This document shows positions 1 through 9,268 of a DNA stretch of 33,401 bases, piece after piece; position 1 is the stretch's first letter, and every line of letters starts with the position of its first letter. The notes beneath the pieces were generated by a model, which made no database searches, was not told the DNA's origin, and saw only the letters and a program-made list of their open reading frames with translations. Source of the DNA: Candidatus Ratteibacteria bacterium (GTDB lineage Bacteria; Ratteibacteria; UBA8468; B48-G9; JAFGKM01); assembly GCA_046296715.1 (NCBI GenBank), contig JBKBIN010000014.1, positions 1 to 33,401 of the forward strand, read 5' to 3'. The position numbers were made by a program, and so were the translations under genes.

Positions 1-1020
1 TTAGTCAATTTTCTATTTCATTCAAACACAATAATACCATTAAATGGAAATTTAAGAGAGCACTGGATGTATTTAGGTTCTATTGGATTTTTTGTATATT
101 TTGTCTTTTTAATTGATAGGATAAAAAAGGAAAAAATTAAACTGATTTTGACAATTTTAATATTTCTACTATATGGAACAAGAACAATTTTGAGAAACTA
201 TGACTGGAAAATCCCAGAAAAATTATACATTAAATCTTTGCAATACTCCTTTTACCCTGCTCAATTATATGGAAACTTAGCATATTTATATATAATAAAT
301 GGACAATCAGAAAAAGCATATCAACTACTTTATCCAATTGTGAAAAAAGGAACTAAAATAGAATCAATTCTTTATATTTATGCTCTATCGTTGAAAAACT
401 TAAAAATATATGAAGAAGCAGAAAGATATTTTTTTGAAGTTTTAAAAATAAATCATAAAAATTACGAAGCATTGACTGAATTGAGAGAAATATATTTTTT
501 AAAAAATGATTTTAAAAAAGCAGAAGGAATACTTAAAAAGAGTATAGAAATAAGAGATAACTATCCTAAAACTTACTTTATTTTATGCCAACTTTATAAC
601 TTAAATGGTGAAAAAGAAAAAGCAATTTATTATCTAAATAAGTTGATTTATCTTCTTCCTGATGATTTTTATCCATATTATCTTAAAGGGATGATTTTAA
701 AGCAATATAATGAACTTGAGAAAGCGAATGAAAATTTTGAAATTGCCTATTCAATATTAAAAGAAAAAAATGACTTTTATTCAATTTTTAATCTTGGAAT
801 TTTACTTAAAGAAATGAACAGAATAGATGAAGCATTGAATACATTTAAATATTTGATAAAAATTAAACCAGAAGATGTTGAAATAATGAATGAAATTGGA
901 ATATGTTATGCTTTAAAAGGAGAAAAAGAAAAAGCGAAAAAGGTATGGGAAAATATTTTAAAGAAAGAGCCATCATATTATCCAGCAAGAGAAAATCTTA
1001 AAAAATTGTCAGAAAATTAG
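1..1020 (+). CDS. TMTC-like membrane protein with C-terminal TPR repeats (5'-partial, putative GT-C glycosyltransferase)
   Basis: Frame 1 is open from base 1 (LVNFLFHSNTIIPLNGNLREHWMYLGSIG), so the ORF-track start at 67 is probably internal. The EHWMYL motif, two hydrophobic helices and RTILRNYDW resemble TMTC-like proteins, followed by multiple TPR-like repeats. Confidence 0.7.
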   Translation, partial: LVNFLFHSNTIIPLNGNLREHWMYLGSIGFFVYFVFLIDRIKKEKIKLILTILIFLLYGTRTILRNYDWKIPEKLYIKSLQYSFYPAQLYGNLAYLYIINGQSEKAYQLLYPIVKKGTKIESILYIYALSLKNLKIYEEAERYFFEVLKINHKNYEALTELREIYFLKNDFKKAEGILKKSIEIRDNYPKTYFILCQLYNLNGEKEKAIYYLNKLIYLLPDDFYPYYLKGMILKQYNELEKANENFEIAYSILKEKNDFYSIFNLGILLKEMNRIDEALNTFKYLIKIKPEDVEIMNEIGICYALKGEKEKAKKVWENILKKEPSYYPARENLKKLSEN

Positions 1021-1034
1021 ATAACTATTAAAAT

Positions 1035-1100
1035 ATTAAAAATAAATTTTTTGAAAATTAGAAATGGATTAAAAATAAATTTTTTGAAAATTAGAAATGG
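1035..1100. repeat. Perfect 2 x 33-bp tandem repeat
   Basis: attaaaaataaattttttgaaaattagaaatgg at 1035-1067 and 1068-1100; the second copy contains the ATG at 1097. Confidence 0.95.
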
Positions 1101-1546
1101 TAAGAATTTTAAAAAATGGGTTAACTCTAATGGAGATTCTCATTTCTATATGTATTATTTCTTTAATTGCATCAATATCACTTCCTGCTTTACATAGGGC
1201 AAGGAATAAAACAGTTATAGCAAAAACAAAAGCAATTATAAATACAATTGAAGCAGCACTTTCTATTTATGAAACAGATTTTGGTGATTATCCGCACAAT
1301 CAAGATAATGGAAGTCAAATTCTTGTAAAAGTTCTTCAAGGTCCTATTGAAAGTGATAGATGGAATGGTCCATATATAAGATTAAAAAAAGAAGATATTG
1401 ATGAAGAAGGAAATATTCTTGATGCATGGAAAAATCCAATTATTTATAAATATCCACAAACAGATTATGATAATGTCCCCTTTCTTATAATTTCAGCAGG
1501 ACCTGACAGAAAATTTGGGACAAAGGATGATATAGGAAATTGGTAA
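1097..1546 (+). CDS. gspG: Type II secretion major pseudopilin GspG-like protein
   Basis: Prepilin motif KNG/LTLMEILISI with E5, hydrophobic helix, WNGPYI, LDAWKNP, and C-terminal SAGPDRKFGTKDDIGNW. Confidence 0.8.
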   Translation: MVRILKNGLTLMEILISICIISLIASISLPALHRARNKTVIAKTKAIINTIEAALSIYETDFGDYPHNQDNGSQILVKVLQGPIESDRWNGPYIRLKKEDIDEEGNILDAWKNPIIYKYPQTDYDNVPFLIISAGPDRKFGTKDDIGNW

Positions 1547-1565
1547 AAATAAAAGGGGGTGAAAT

Positions 1566-2486
1566 ATGGAAAAATTAATAAAATGGCAAGAAAGAAAAAG
1601 AAAAAAACTCTATAAATTACTTGGGAAACTTCCTGAAAGAGATTATCCTGTTAAAGTTATAAAGAAAGTTGAAGAAGAAAAAGAAAAATATATACTTGAA
1701 AAACTTATTCTTGATTTAAATGGTTATGAACTTGTCCCTGCTTATTTTGTTAAACCAAAAAATTTAAAAGGCAAAGTTCCTTGTGTTATTTTTAATCATT
1801 CTCATGGCGGTAAATATTATCTTGGTAAGGACGAATTTATTGAAGGAAATACTTATATGGAAAAACCTCCTTATGCTGAAGTAATTACATCTTTAAACTT
1901 TTGTGGAATCTGTATAGACCATTTAAATTTTGGTGAAAGAAGCGGGAGAGATGAATTAACACTTTTTAAAGAGTTTATATGGCAGGGCAAAGTTTTATGG
2001 GGTCTTATGGTCTTTGATAGTTTGAAAGTGATTGATTATGTTTTAACAAGGGAGGAAGTGGATCAAAAAAGAATTTGTACCATTGGTATGAGTATGGGTT
2101 CAACAATGGCATGGTGGATATCTGCTCTTGATGAGAGAATAAAAGTTTGTATTGATATTTGCTGTTTAACGGATTTTGAGACACTTATAAAAATAAAAGG
2201 ACTTGCTGGTCATGGTATTTATTATTTTGTTCCATCTTTACTAAAATATTTTTCAACATCTGACATAAATTCTCTAATTGCACCACGACCACATCTTTCA
2301 GTTGCAGGTGCTTTTGATAGTTTAACACCACTTGAAGGTCTTAAAAAAATAGACAAAAAATTAAAAACAATTTATAAAAAATTTGGGAAAGAGGAAAACT
2401 GGCAACTTAAAATCTATAATGTTGGCCATAGAGAAACATTTCAGATGAGAAGTGATATAATTGAATTTCTTTTAAAACATATTTAA
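1566..2486 (+). CDS. Alpha/beta hydrolase (dienelactone hydrolase / YtaP-like)
   Basis: HSHGG, nucleophile elbow GMSMG, LIAPRP, late His (VGH); gggggtg SD-like sequence upstream. Confidence 0.8.
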   Translation: MEKLIKWQERKRKKLYKLLGKLPERDYPVKVIKKVEEEKEKYILEKLILDLNGYELVPAYFVKPKNLKGKVPCVIFNHSHGGKYYLGKDEFIEGNTYMEKPPYAEVITSLNFCGICIDHLNFGERSGRDELTLFKEFIWQGKVLWGLMVFDSLKVIDYVLTREEVDQKRICTIGMSMGSTMAWWISALDERIKVCIDICCLTDFETLIKIKGLAGHGIYYFVPSLLKYFSTSDINSLIAPRPHLSVAGAFDSLTPLEGLKKIDKKLKTIYKKFGKEENWQLKIYNVGHRETFQMRSDIIEFLLKHI

Positions 2487-2487
2487 A

Positions 2488-3210
2488 ATGAAAAGATTTG
2501 ATTTAGGAGTAAAGGTTATAAAATTGGCAGGAAAGTATTTAAAAGAAAATTATAATAAAGTTTCAAAATTGAATGAAAGTAGATATGATATAAAACTTTT
2601 ACAGGATATTGAAAGTGAGAAAATTTTGTTGGGTAATATAAAAAAATTTTTCCCAGAAGATAATTTTTTAAGCGAAGAAAGTAAAATTCCTAAAAAAAAT
2701 AAAAAAAATTTATGGATAATTGATCCTCTTGATGGAAGTTTAAATTTTTCAAAAGGAATCCCTCATTTTTGTATATCAATTGCTTTTGTTGGAGAAAATG
2801 AAAAATTTGGTATTGTATATGATTTTTTAAAAGAAGAATTATTTACAGGAATAGAAGGGGAAGGTGCATATTTAAATGGAAAAAAAATAGAAGTAAGTAA
2901 AATAGACAAAATAGAAGAATCTATATTATCTATTGGATTTATGAGAGGGGAAAAAGAGATCCTTTACGGATTGAAAATTTTAGAAAAGATGATTAAAAAG
3001 GTTAAAAGAATAAGAATGATGGGATCTGCTTCTCTTGACTTATGTTATCTTGCTTCAGGTAGAATTGACTTATCAATTCATTTAAATTTAAATAGGTGGG
3101 ATTATGAAGCAGGTAGTATAATACTTAAAGAATCTGGAGGAAAATTAGAAATAAATGAATATAATAAAATTAAAGTTTTTAAAGCAACTAATGGAAAAAT
3201 TGTGATTTAA
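2488..3210 (+). CDS. Inositol monophosphatase family protein (SuhB-like)
   Basis: SEE, WIIDPLDGSLNF, RMMGSASLDLCYLASG and WDYEAG motifs. Confidence 0.9.
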   Translation: MKRFDLGVKVIKLAGKYLKENYNKVSKLNESRYDIKLLQDIESEKILLGNIKKFFPEDNFLSEESKIPKKNKKNLWIIDPLDGSLNFSKGIPHFCISIAFVGENEKFGIVYDFLKEELFTGIEGEGAYLNGKKIEVSKIDKIEESILSIGFMRGEKEILYGLKILEKMIKKVKRIRMMGSASLDLCYLASGRIDLSIHLNLNRWDYEAGSIILKESGGKLEINEYNKIKVFKATNGKIVI

Positions 3211-4509
3211 ATGAAAAAGAAAAGAACTATAAATTTGGAAGAGTTTGTTTTAAAACCAGTTTCAAATTTAATAGAAAGATTTAACTTTTTTATAAAGAAT
3301 GTTGAAAGGAAAGAAAAAATCTCAGAAGTAGATGGTTTTATCACAAATTTACTTGATGAATTGAAAGATGTTGAAAAAGGGATCCTTGGTTTTTTTGCTG
3401 AAATATTATTTATGTACCATTTATCAGAAAGGATGGTTAGTATTGAAAATGAAATATCTCTGGTTGAAATTCTTGGAGAGAGAGTAAAAGAATTTTTAAA
3501 ACCAGATTTTATAAAAATTTATTTAACGACAACTAACAATAGAATTTCTTCTGCTTATAGTTATCCTGTTGATTTTAATGATGGATCTTTGATTAAGTTA
3601 GTTGAAGAAAGTTTTGCAAAAGGTGAAAGTTTTTTGTACGAAAAGAAAATTAATGGCAAATATTATTCAGTTTTATTAATACCTTTAAGAACAACAAAGG
3701 AAAAATATGGTTTATTTTTAATTGGAAAAGAAAGAAAAAAGGGATTTTCTCCAGAAGAAATTACACTTATGATTGCAGGAGCTGTTGTTATAAGTTTTTC
3801 AATTTCAAACATAAAACTGATGCAAAAGATGATTATAAATGAAAGATTGGTAATGATAGGACAATTGATTTCAGGGCTTTCTCATGATTTAAGAAATATA
3901 CTTACAAAATTTGAAAATGGAATTTATTTTATTGAAACAGGATTAGAAGAAAAAGACATAGAAGAAATTAAAATAGGCAAAGAGATTCTGAAGAAAAATT
4001 ATATAAAATTGAAGGAATTTGTTCTTTCAATGGTTGACTACTCAAGAGATAGAGAGGTATCTTTTGAAGATGTCAATTTAAATTCTTTAATTGAAGATGT
4101 AATTTCATATTTTGAACCATCTTTAAAAGAAAAGAATATTAAGATTATAAAAGAGTTTGATCTGAATTTAAATATTGTAAAAGTTGATAGACATAGAATA
4201 GAAAGGATGCTTTCAAATTTAATTCAAAATTCAATAGATGCTGTTAAAGAAAACGAAGGGATAATAAAAATAAAAACCAATTTAATGGAAGATTCTTTTC
4301 AGATAATTGTTGAAGATAATGGATGTGGAATCCCAGAAAAAAATCTTGACAAAATTTTTGATATATTCTTTACAACAAAAGGTTCTCGTGGAACAGGTTT
4401 TGGTCTTGCCATTGTAGAAAAAATTGTCAAAGAACATAATGGAAAAATAGATGTTGTCTCAAAAGTAGGTGAGGGCACAACTTTTACAATAACTTTACCA
4501 AAATTGTAA
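3211..4509 (+). CDS. Soluble sensor histidine kinase (GAF-like + HisKA + HATPase)
   Basis: H-box LSHDLRN, N-box NLIQNSIDA, G1 DNGCGI, F-box IFDIFFTTK, G2 GTGFGL; GAF-like segment IPLRT..KYGLF..FSPEE. Confidence 0.9.
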   Translation: MKKKRTINLEEFVLKPVSNLIERFNFFIKNVERKEKISEVDGFITNLLDELKDVEKGILGFFAEILFMYHLSERMVSIENEISLVEILGERVKEFLKPDFIKIYLTTTNNRISSAYSYPVDFNDGSLIKLVEESFAKGESFLYEKKINGKYYSVLLIPLRTTKEKYGLFLIGKERKKGFSPEEITLMIAGAVVISFSISNIKLMQKMIINERLVMIGQLISGLSHDLRNILTKFENGIYFIETGLEEKDIEEIKIGKEILKKNYIKLKEFVLSMVDYSRDREVSFEDVNLNSLIEDVISYFEPSLKEKNIKIIKEFDLNLNIVKVDRHRIERMLSNLIQNSIDAVKENEGIIKIKTNLMEDSFQIIVEDNGCGIPEKNLDKIFDIFFTTKGSRGTGFGLAIVEKIVKEHNGKIDVVSKVGEGTTFTITLPKL

Positions 4510-4518
4510 GGAGAAACT

Positions 4519-5262
4519 TTGAGAGATATTGTTATACTTTCAGTTATTCAGGGGATATGCGAATGGTTCCCTATAAGTAGTTCAGGACATCTTTATATAT
4601 TTCATAGATTACTTGGATTAAAACCAGATATAAATTTAGATATTTTTTTACACTCTTCATCTCTTCTTGCAATTTTTATCTTTTTCAGAAAGGAAATCTG
4701 GGAAATTATTAAAGTTCTTTTAACCTTTGATACTAAAAATGAGAGTTTCAAAACAATTTTTTATATAATTTCAGCAACTTTTATTACAGGACTAATTGGA
4801 TTTTTACTCAAAGATTATGAAGAAATTCTTGAAAATAAAAATGTTGTTTCTGTAGGTTTTTTGATTACAACTATCTTTCTTTTTTTCTCTTGGAAAGAAG
4901 GGAACAAGAAGATTGATTTTAAAACTTCGCTTATAATAGGTTTATCTCAAGGACTTGCACTTTTCCCTGGAATTTCAAGAAGTGGTGCTACTATCTCTAC
5001 TGCTAAAATTTTAGGAGTGAATGATAAAGAATCATTTAATTTTTCTTTTTTACTTGCCATTCCTGCTATAATAGGTTCTATTGTACTTAAATTTGAGCAA
5101 TTAAAAGATATAAGGTCTGATTATATAATAACTGGTTTTTTGATAACCTTTTTTGTAAGTATTATTACTCTTTATTTTCTTAAAAAGATTGTTTTTAAAA
5201 AAAGATTTAAATATTTCTGTATTTACACTTTTCTGGTTTTCTGGGTTTCTTTATTTATCTAA
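4519..5262 (+). CDS. uppP: Undecaprenyl-diphosphate phosphatase
   Basis: QGICEWFPISSSGH and PGISRSGATI motifs; TTG start after aggag. Confidence 0.95.
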   Translation: MRDIVILSVIQGICEWFPISSSGHLYIFHRLLGLKPDINLDIFLHSSSLLAIFIFFRKEIWEIIKVLLTFDTKNESFKTIFYIISATFITGLIGFLLKDYEEILENKNVVSVGFLITTIFLFFSWKEGNKKIDFKTSLIIGLSQGLALFPGISRSGATISTAKILGVNDKESFNFSFLLAIPAIIGSIVLKFEQLKDIRSDYIITGFLITFFVSIITLYFLKKIVFKKRFKYFCIYTFLVFWVSLFI

Positions 5263-6403
5263 TTGGATATTTACCAAAATTAAAACCACTTTCAAGAAAT
5301 TCTATGTAATTTTGTTCAAGTTCAGTTGGAATAGGAGCAGATTCAGGAATATCGGATGGAATTAGAATAAATCTTCCCCTTCTTGCACCTTGAATTAAAC
5401 AATCCTTAACCATATTTCTAACTTCTTCCCTTGTTTTAAAATCAAATTCCTCTGCTAAAATTCCACCCATAATTGTAATAGAATCACCGACAATCCTCCT
5501 TACTTTCAAAATATTATTTGGCTGTTGAGAACTATTAGAAATTGGTTCAATTATATCTATTGGCATTTTCAAAACAATTGGCAAGAGTTCTTCTATACCA
5601 TCATGCCAGTGATAACAGATAAAGTTAAAATTCCCTCTTCTTAAAATTTCAATAAGATTTTTATCAAATCTATAAACAAATTCTGAAAATGTCTTTTTGA
5701 TATCGTGAAAATATTCTGTTGGTAAATTTGGAGGTGTTGCATATTCAGCACCTCTTATTCTTATAATTACATTTGAAACAGAGAAAGATACAAATTTATA
5801 AAGGTCAAGTAATCTTTCATATATTTTTTCAAGTAATTGTATTATAAGTTTTGGATAATCAAGAACAAATTTCCCAAAATCACCAGGAGCAAATAGAAAA
5901 CCAACTACACCAAGAGGATCAGGAAGAGCAACAACCATAATCCCTTTTTCTCCAAGTTTTTTCTCCTGCTCATAAAAATCAGAAAAATCTGGTTGATAAG
6001 GGATATAAGGTAAAGACAAAAATTTGTATATGTCTTTTTCCCTTTTAATCCATGGTTCTACAACCCACTGATGAATACTTAAAGTTGAAGTCCTTGCAAC
6101 TCTTGTTAAAGGTCCATATTCTGTTTCAACAGTTAAACTTACTGTTGTTGATAATGGTGTATCATGTGTTTCTTCAACTTTAAGATCAATAGAACCTGGA
6201 GCAGAAAAGAAAAAACCAGTTTTTGGCCTATAAAATAAAAAAGTATCCTGTAATTCTCTTGCTTTCTTTAATAAATTTTCAAAACTTTTATGTTTTGACC
6301 AGAAACTTTCATTATCAAAAGGATTTATTTTATATAATGAAACAGGAACCCTATCAGGATACCCACCCCTTAAAACAGTAACAATTCTTTCCTTACTTGT
6401 CAT
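5255..6403 (-). CDS. Uroporphyrinogen decarboxylase-like (URO-D/MtaA superfamily) protein of unknown function
   Basis: N-terminal MTSKERI..PDRVPV, GAEYATPP, HWHDG, ITIMGGI, GRFILIPS, NYIEF pattern. Confidence 0.75.
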   Translation of the reverse strand: MTSKERIVTVLRGGYPDRVPVSLYKINPFDNESFWSKHKSFENLLKKARELQDTFLFYRPKTGFFFSAPGSIDLKVEETHDTPLSTTVSLTVETEYGPLTRVARTSTLSIHQWVVEPWIKREKDIYKFLSLPYIPYQPDFSDFYEQEKKLGEKGIMVVALPDPLGVVGFLFAPGDFGKFVLDYPKLIIQLLEKIYERLLDLYKFVSFSVSNVIIRIRGAEYATPPNLPTEYFHDIKKTFSEFVYRFDKNLIEILRRGNFNFICYHWHDGIEELLPIVLKMPIDIIEPISNSSQQPNNILKVRRIVGDSITIMGGILAEEFDFKTREEVRNMVKDCLIQGARRGRFILIPSDIPESAPIPTELEQNYIEFLESGFNFGKYPIR

Positions 6404-7239
6404 TACTTTCTTCCCAATATTTTATCTATTGCGAGTGAAGTATTGTATATTTTTGTTTCTGGATAATATTTATAAGGTCCAACTTCAGCAGTAAGATAAC
6501 TATCATAACCAATTTCTTTAAGTGCTTTTATAACTTCTGGCCAGTTTACATCTCCTTCAAGTAAATCACAAAATCCATTTATATTTCCAACTGATAATTT
6601 AAAATCTTTCAAGTGTATCCTTTTAATTAATTTCCCAAGAATTCTTATCCACATTTCAGGAAAACCAATAATTAAAATATTCCCAACATCAAAATAGACC
6701 TTTACATATCCAGAACCTATTTCTTCAACAAATCTTTTCATCTCAAGAGGACTTAATAGAAATTTGTTCCAGACATTTTCAACACAGATATATACATTGT
6801 TTTTTTCAGCAAGTTCAACATACTTTTTAATAGATTCTTGGCTTCTTTTATAGGCAATATCATAATTTACTATCTCTCCTTGCCCAGATAAAGAAGCAAC
6901 AACACCCGGAACTAAAAGAATTGCATCTGTTCCAAGGTAGTTTGCTATTTTAATTGATTTTTCAAGTAATTTTTCACCTTTTTCTCTTATTTCTGGATCT
7001 AAACTTGTAAGAGGATATTTCCAGAATGCTGCTGGTAGTAAACTTGCTATTTCAAGACCATTTTTTCTTATTAAATCCCCAATTTTTTTAACATCTTTTT
7101 CACTACTATCTGGGTCTAAAATACCACCTTCTGTTAAATTCACTTCAATACCTTCAAAGCCAGCATCTTTAATCATTTTTAAACCATCTTCAAAACTTAC
7201 ATTGGTTGGTAAAATCCACATATTCACACTTTTCTTCAT
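6403..7239 (-). CDS. Sugar phosphate isomerase/epimerase (xylose isomerase-like TIM barrel)
   Basis: GFEGIE, ENVWNKFLLSPLE, YFDVGN, IHLKDF, GDVNW, AE metal-binding motifs. Confidence 0.88.
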   Translation of the reverse strand: MKKSVNMWILPTNVSFEDGLKMIKDAGFEGIEVNLTEGGILDPDSSEKDVKKIGDLIRKNGLEIASLLPAAFWKYPLTSLDPEIREKGEKLLEKSIKIANYLGTDAILLVPGVVASLSGQGEIVNYDIAYKRSQESIKKYVELAEKNNVYICVENVWNKFLLSPLEMKRFVEEIGSGYVKVYFDVGNILIIGFPEMWIRILGKLIKRIHLKDFKLSVGNINGFCDLLEGDVNWPEVIKALKEIGYDSYLTAEVGPYKYYPETKIYNTSLAIDKILGRK

Positions 7240-7257
7240 GACTTCCTCCTTTCTTTT

Positions 7258-8379
7258 TTAAATATGGTCAATTAATGGAAAAAATAAATCAATTGGTAAA
7301 AAATTTTTACATATTCTCTTTAAATTCTGTTCAATTTTTGAAAAATCATCTGAGAGATTAAAAAATAATCTTACCATCTCTTCTTCTTTCAATCTTATTA
7401 AATTTTCACTTTCCTGAATAAACTTTATTTTCCCATTTTCTTTCTTTATTCCAACTTTTTCTTTCCCTTCTATCTCAAAGACAATTTCTTCCTTTTCTGG
7501 AAAAGACTCTTCTATCAAAGGTAAGAATGTTTCAATTGTTTTTTTAAGAGATACAATTTTTATCATTCCTGTCGTTGAAACACTCCAACCCAATGATGCT
7601 TTTAATATTAAATCAGGAATTTCATAAAAATTAGGAAATTCTAAATAAAATTTATTTTTGCCGAATCTTTCTGATAAATATTTCAAAATTCCAAGAATAG
7701 TTTCTGAATCTCCACCAAATTCATATACTTTTGTCTCTAAACCTTGCTCATTTATAACAACATAAGAAAATTTATGGTTTTCATCTGAATAGTATAGAGA
7801 AACAAATAATTTTTTATAAATTTCTTCAAAATATTCTATGCTTCTTTCCACTCTGTAATTTTTTTTATTATATGTATCAATAATCTTCAACAATACTTCT
7901 TTTTCACCAAGGTATTTTTTTGTTCTTACAGAATTTATCTTTTGCTTTTCCAGTCCCCTTGATGTTATAGTAAGATTTATAGTTTTTCCTGAATTTTCAT
8001 AACCAAAATTTATATATCTATGTCTATCGCCCCATAAAATTGAAAGAGAATATTCTTCATTTTCCATTTTTTTTATTGCTTCTTTTAGTAAAGTTGTCAT
8101 ATATCCTTTTCCTCTTTCAGCAAATTCAGTTGATACAGCACCAATTCCAGCGATCTTAATTTTAATGTTATTATGAATTAAAGTAAACGGAAAAATTCTT
8201 ATAAGTGAACATATTTTATTATTCTCCTCAATAATTAAGATATTACTAAAATCAGTGTTTTCTTCTTTCCATACCTGTGGATAAACTAAAGGGAAGAGAT
8301 TATAGAAATGTCCATAAGCATCTTCTAAAAACCTCATTATCTTTTCATATTCCTTCGCATAAGGATTTCTTATAACCAT
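7258..8379 (-). CDS. GNAT acetyltransferase, Eis-like architecture
   Basis: AGIGAVST..ERGKGYM acetyl-CoA motif, SILWG, RYINFGYE; 373 aa. Confidence 0.8.
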   Translation of the reverse strand: MVIRNPYAKEYEKIMRFLEDAYGHFYNLFPLVYPQVWKEENTDFSNILIIEENNKICSLIRIFPFTLIHNNIKIKIAGIGAVSTEFAERGKGYMTTLLKEAIKKMENEEYSLSILWGDRHRYINFGYENSGKTINLTITSRGLEKQKINSVRTKKYLGEKEVLLKIIDTYNKKNYRVERSIEYFEEIYKKLFVSLYYSDENHKFSYVVINEQGLETKVYEFGGDSETILGILKYLSERFGKNKFYLEFPNFYEIPDLILKASLGWSVSTTGMIKIVSLKKTIETFLPLIEESFPEKEEIVFEIEGKEKVGIKKENGKIKFIQESENLIRLKEEEMVRLFFNLSDDFSKIEQNLKRICKNFLPIDLFFPLIDHI

Positions 8380-8387
8380 TTTTCAAT

Positions 8388-8417
8388 AGTATAATACTGT
8401 CAATCCCAATCTGTCAA
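8388..8417 (-). promoter_or_regulatory. Sigma70-type promoter for the GNAT gene
   Basis: TTGACA (8412-8417), 18 nt, TATACT (8388-8393); 8 nt upstream of the ATG. Confidence 0.6.
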
Positions 8418-8515
8418 ACTAATTATAAAAATTAAACAAATTGCAAATATAAATTAGTGATAAAAATATTTAAAATCTTACAACAAAATTTAAGTTTTTG
8501 AGGAATGGAATAAAT

Positions 8516-8546
8516 AAAAAAGGGAGGAGATTTAAATTCTCCTCCC
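8516..8546 (-). terminator. Intrinsic terminator after the OMP gene
   Basis: 9-bp stem gggaggaga (8522-8530)/tctcctccc (8538-8546), followed on the - strand by a T tract. Confidence 0.85.
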
Positions 8547-8568
8547 CTCTTATTATTAATAATAAAAC

Positions 8569-9048
8569 TTAAAATTTAAATCCTAATCCTACGGAAAATG
8601 TTATTGAATTTAAATTTTGCTTCTGAACCCTTAGATAGTTGAGTTCATATTGAATAAGAGTATTTTCGCTTAAGAAGTGTTTCATACCAATCTGTGCACC
8701 ATAAGCAAATTCTGTTCCTCCACCAAATTTACCGCCTAAGGAAATACCCATGTATGGATTTACATTTGATTGGCTGTCCATATAAAAATTTGGTTTTAAC
8801 AAAAGATTTACCTGATCTCCAAAGGTCTTCCATCTACCTGACACTCCTACACCTAACTCAAACTGGTCTGATAAGAAAAATCCCATACCAAGTCCGTATG
8901 TTCCATCCCACTTTTTTCCTTGTGAGAAATATCCATATCCAACGGAAATTACAAGATTCTTATCTCCTTGTCTAACCTCAGCATTCGTAAAAGATGAAAA
9001 ACCCATAATTAAACCTAAAATTAAAATACATAATACAAATCTTCTCAT
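8569..9048 (-). CDS. Small outer-membrane beta-barrel protein (probably 8 strands)
   Basis: Signal peptide ending TNA, alternating beta-strand pattern, NPYMG, C-terminal VGLGFKF beta-signal; SD aaggaggtg. Confidence 0.85.
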   Translation of the reverse strand: MRRFVLCILILGLIMGFSSFTNAEVRQGDKNLVISVGYGYFSQGKKWDGTYGLGMGFFLSDQFELGVGVSGRWKTFGDQVNLLLKPNFYMDSQSNVNPYMGISLGGKFGGGTEFAYGAQIGMKHFLSENTLIQYELNYLRVQKQNLNSITFSVGLGFKF

Positions 9049-9079
9049 TTTTTTTCACCTCCTTTCCTTTATGCTCAAT

Positions 9080-9107
9080 ATTATACATATTGTTAAAATT
9101 ATGTCAA
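9080..9107 (-). promoter_or_regulatory. Consensus sigma70 promoter for the OMP gene
   Basis: TTGACA (9102-9107), 16 nt, TATAAT (9080-9085). Confidence 0.75.
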
Positions 9108-9268
9108 ATTTTTCTAAATTTCTTAAGTTTTTCTCCTACTTTTTCTACTTCACTTTTAATTTGAATTTGTGATTTTAAAGTTTAAATATTTTACCATTTT
9201 CCTTGTTTATGATGTAAAATTTAGTTTTAAGTTAAAAACTCAGTATTTAGAATTTAAAAAACAGAATT

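Noticed and set aside
1035..1100. 33-bp repeat as a CRISPR array
   Set aside because: Only two abutting copies, no spacer, no cas genes.
9104..9200. Short - strand frames (MVKYLNFKITNSN; TLKSQIQIKSEVEKVGEKLKKFRKI) as a small protein or gene remnant
   Set aside because: Too short, no convincing start plus SD, and expected by chance in AT-rich DNA.
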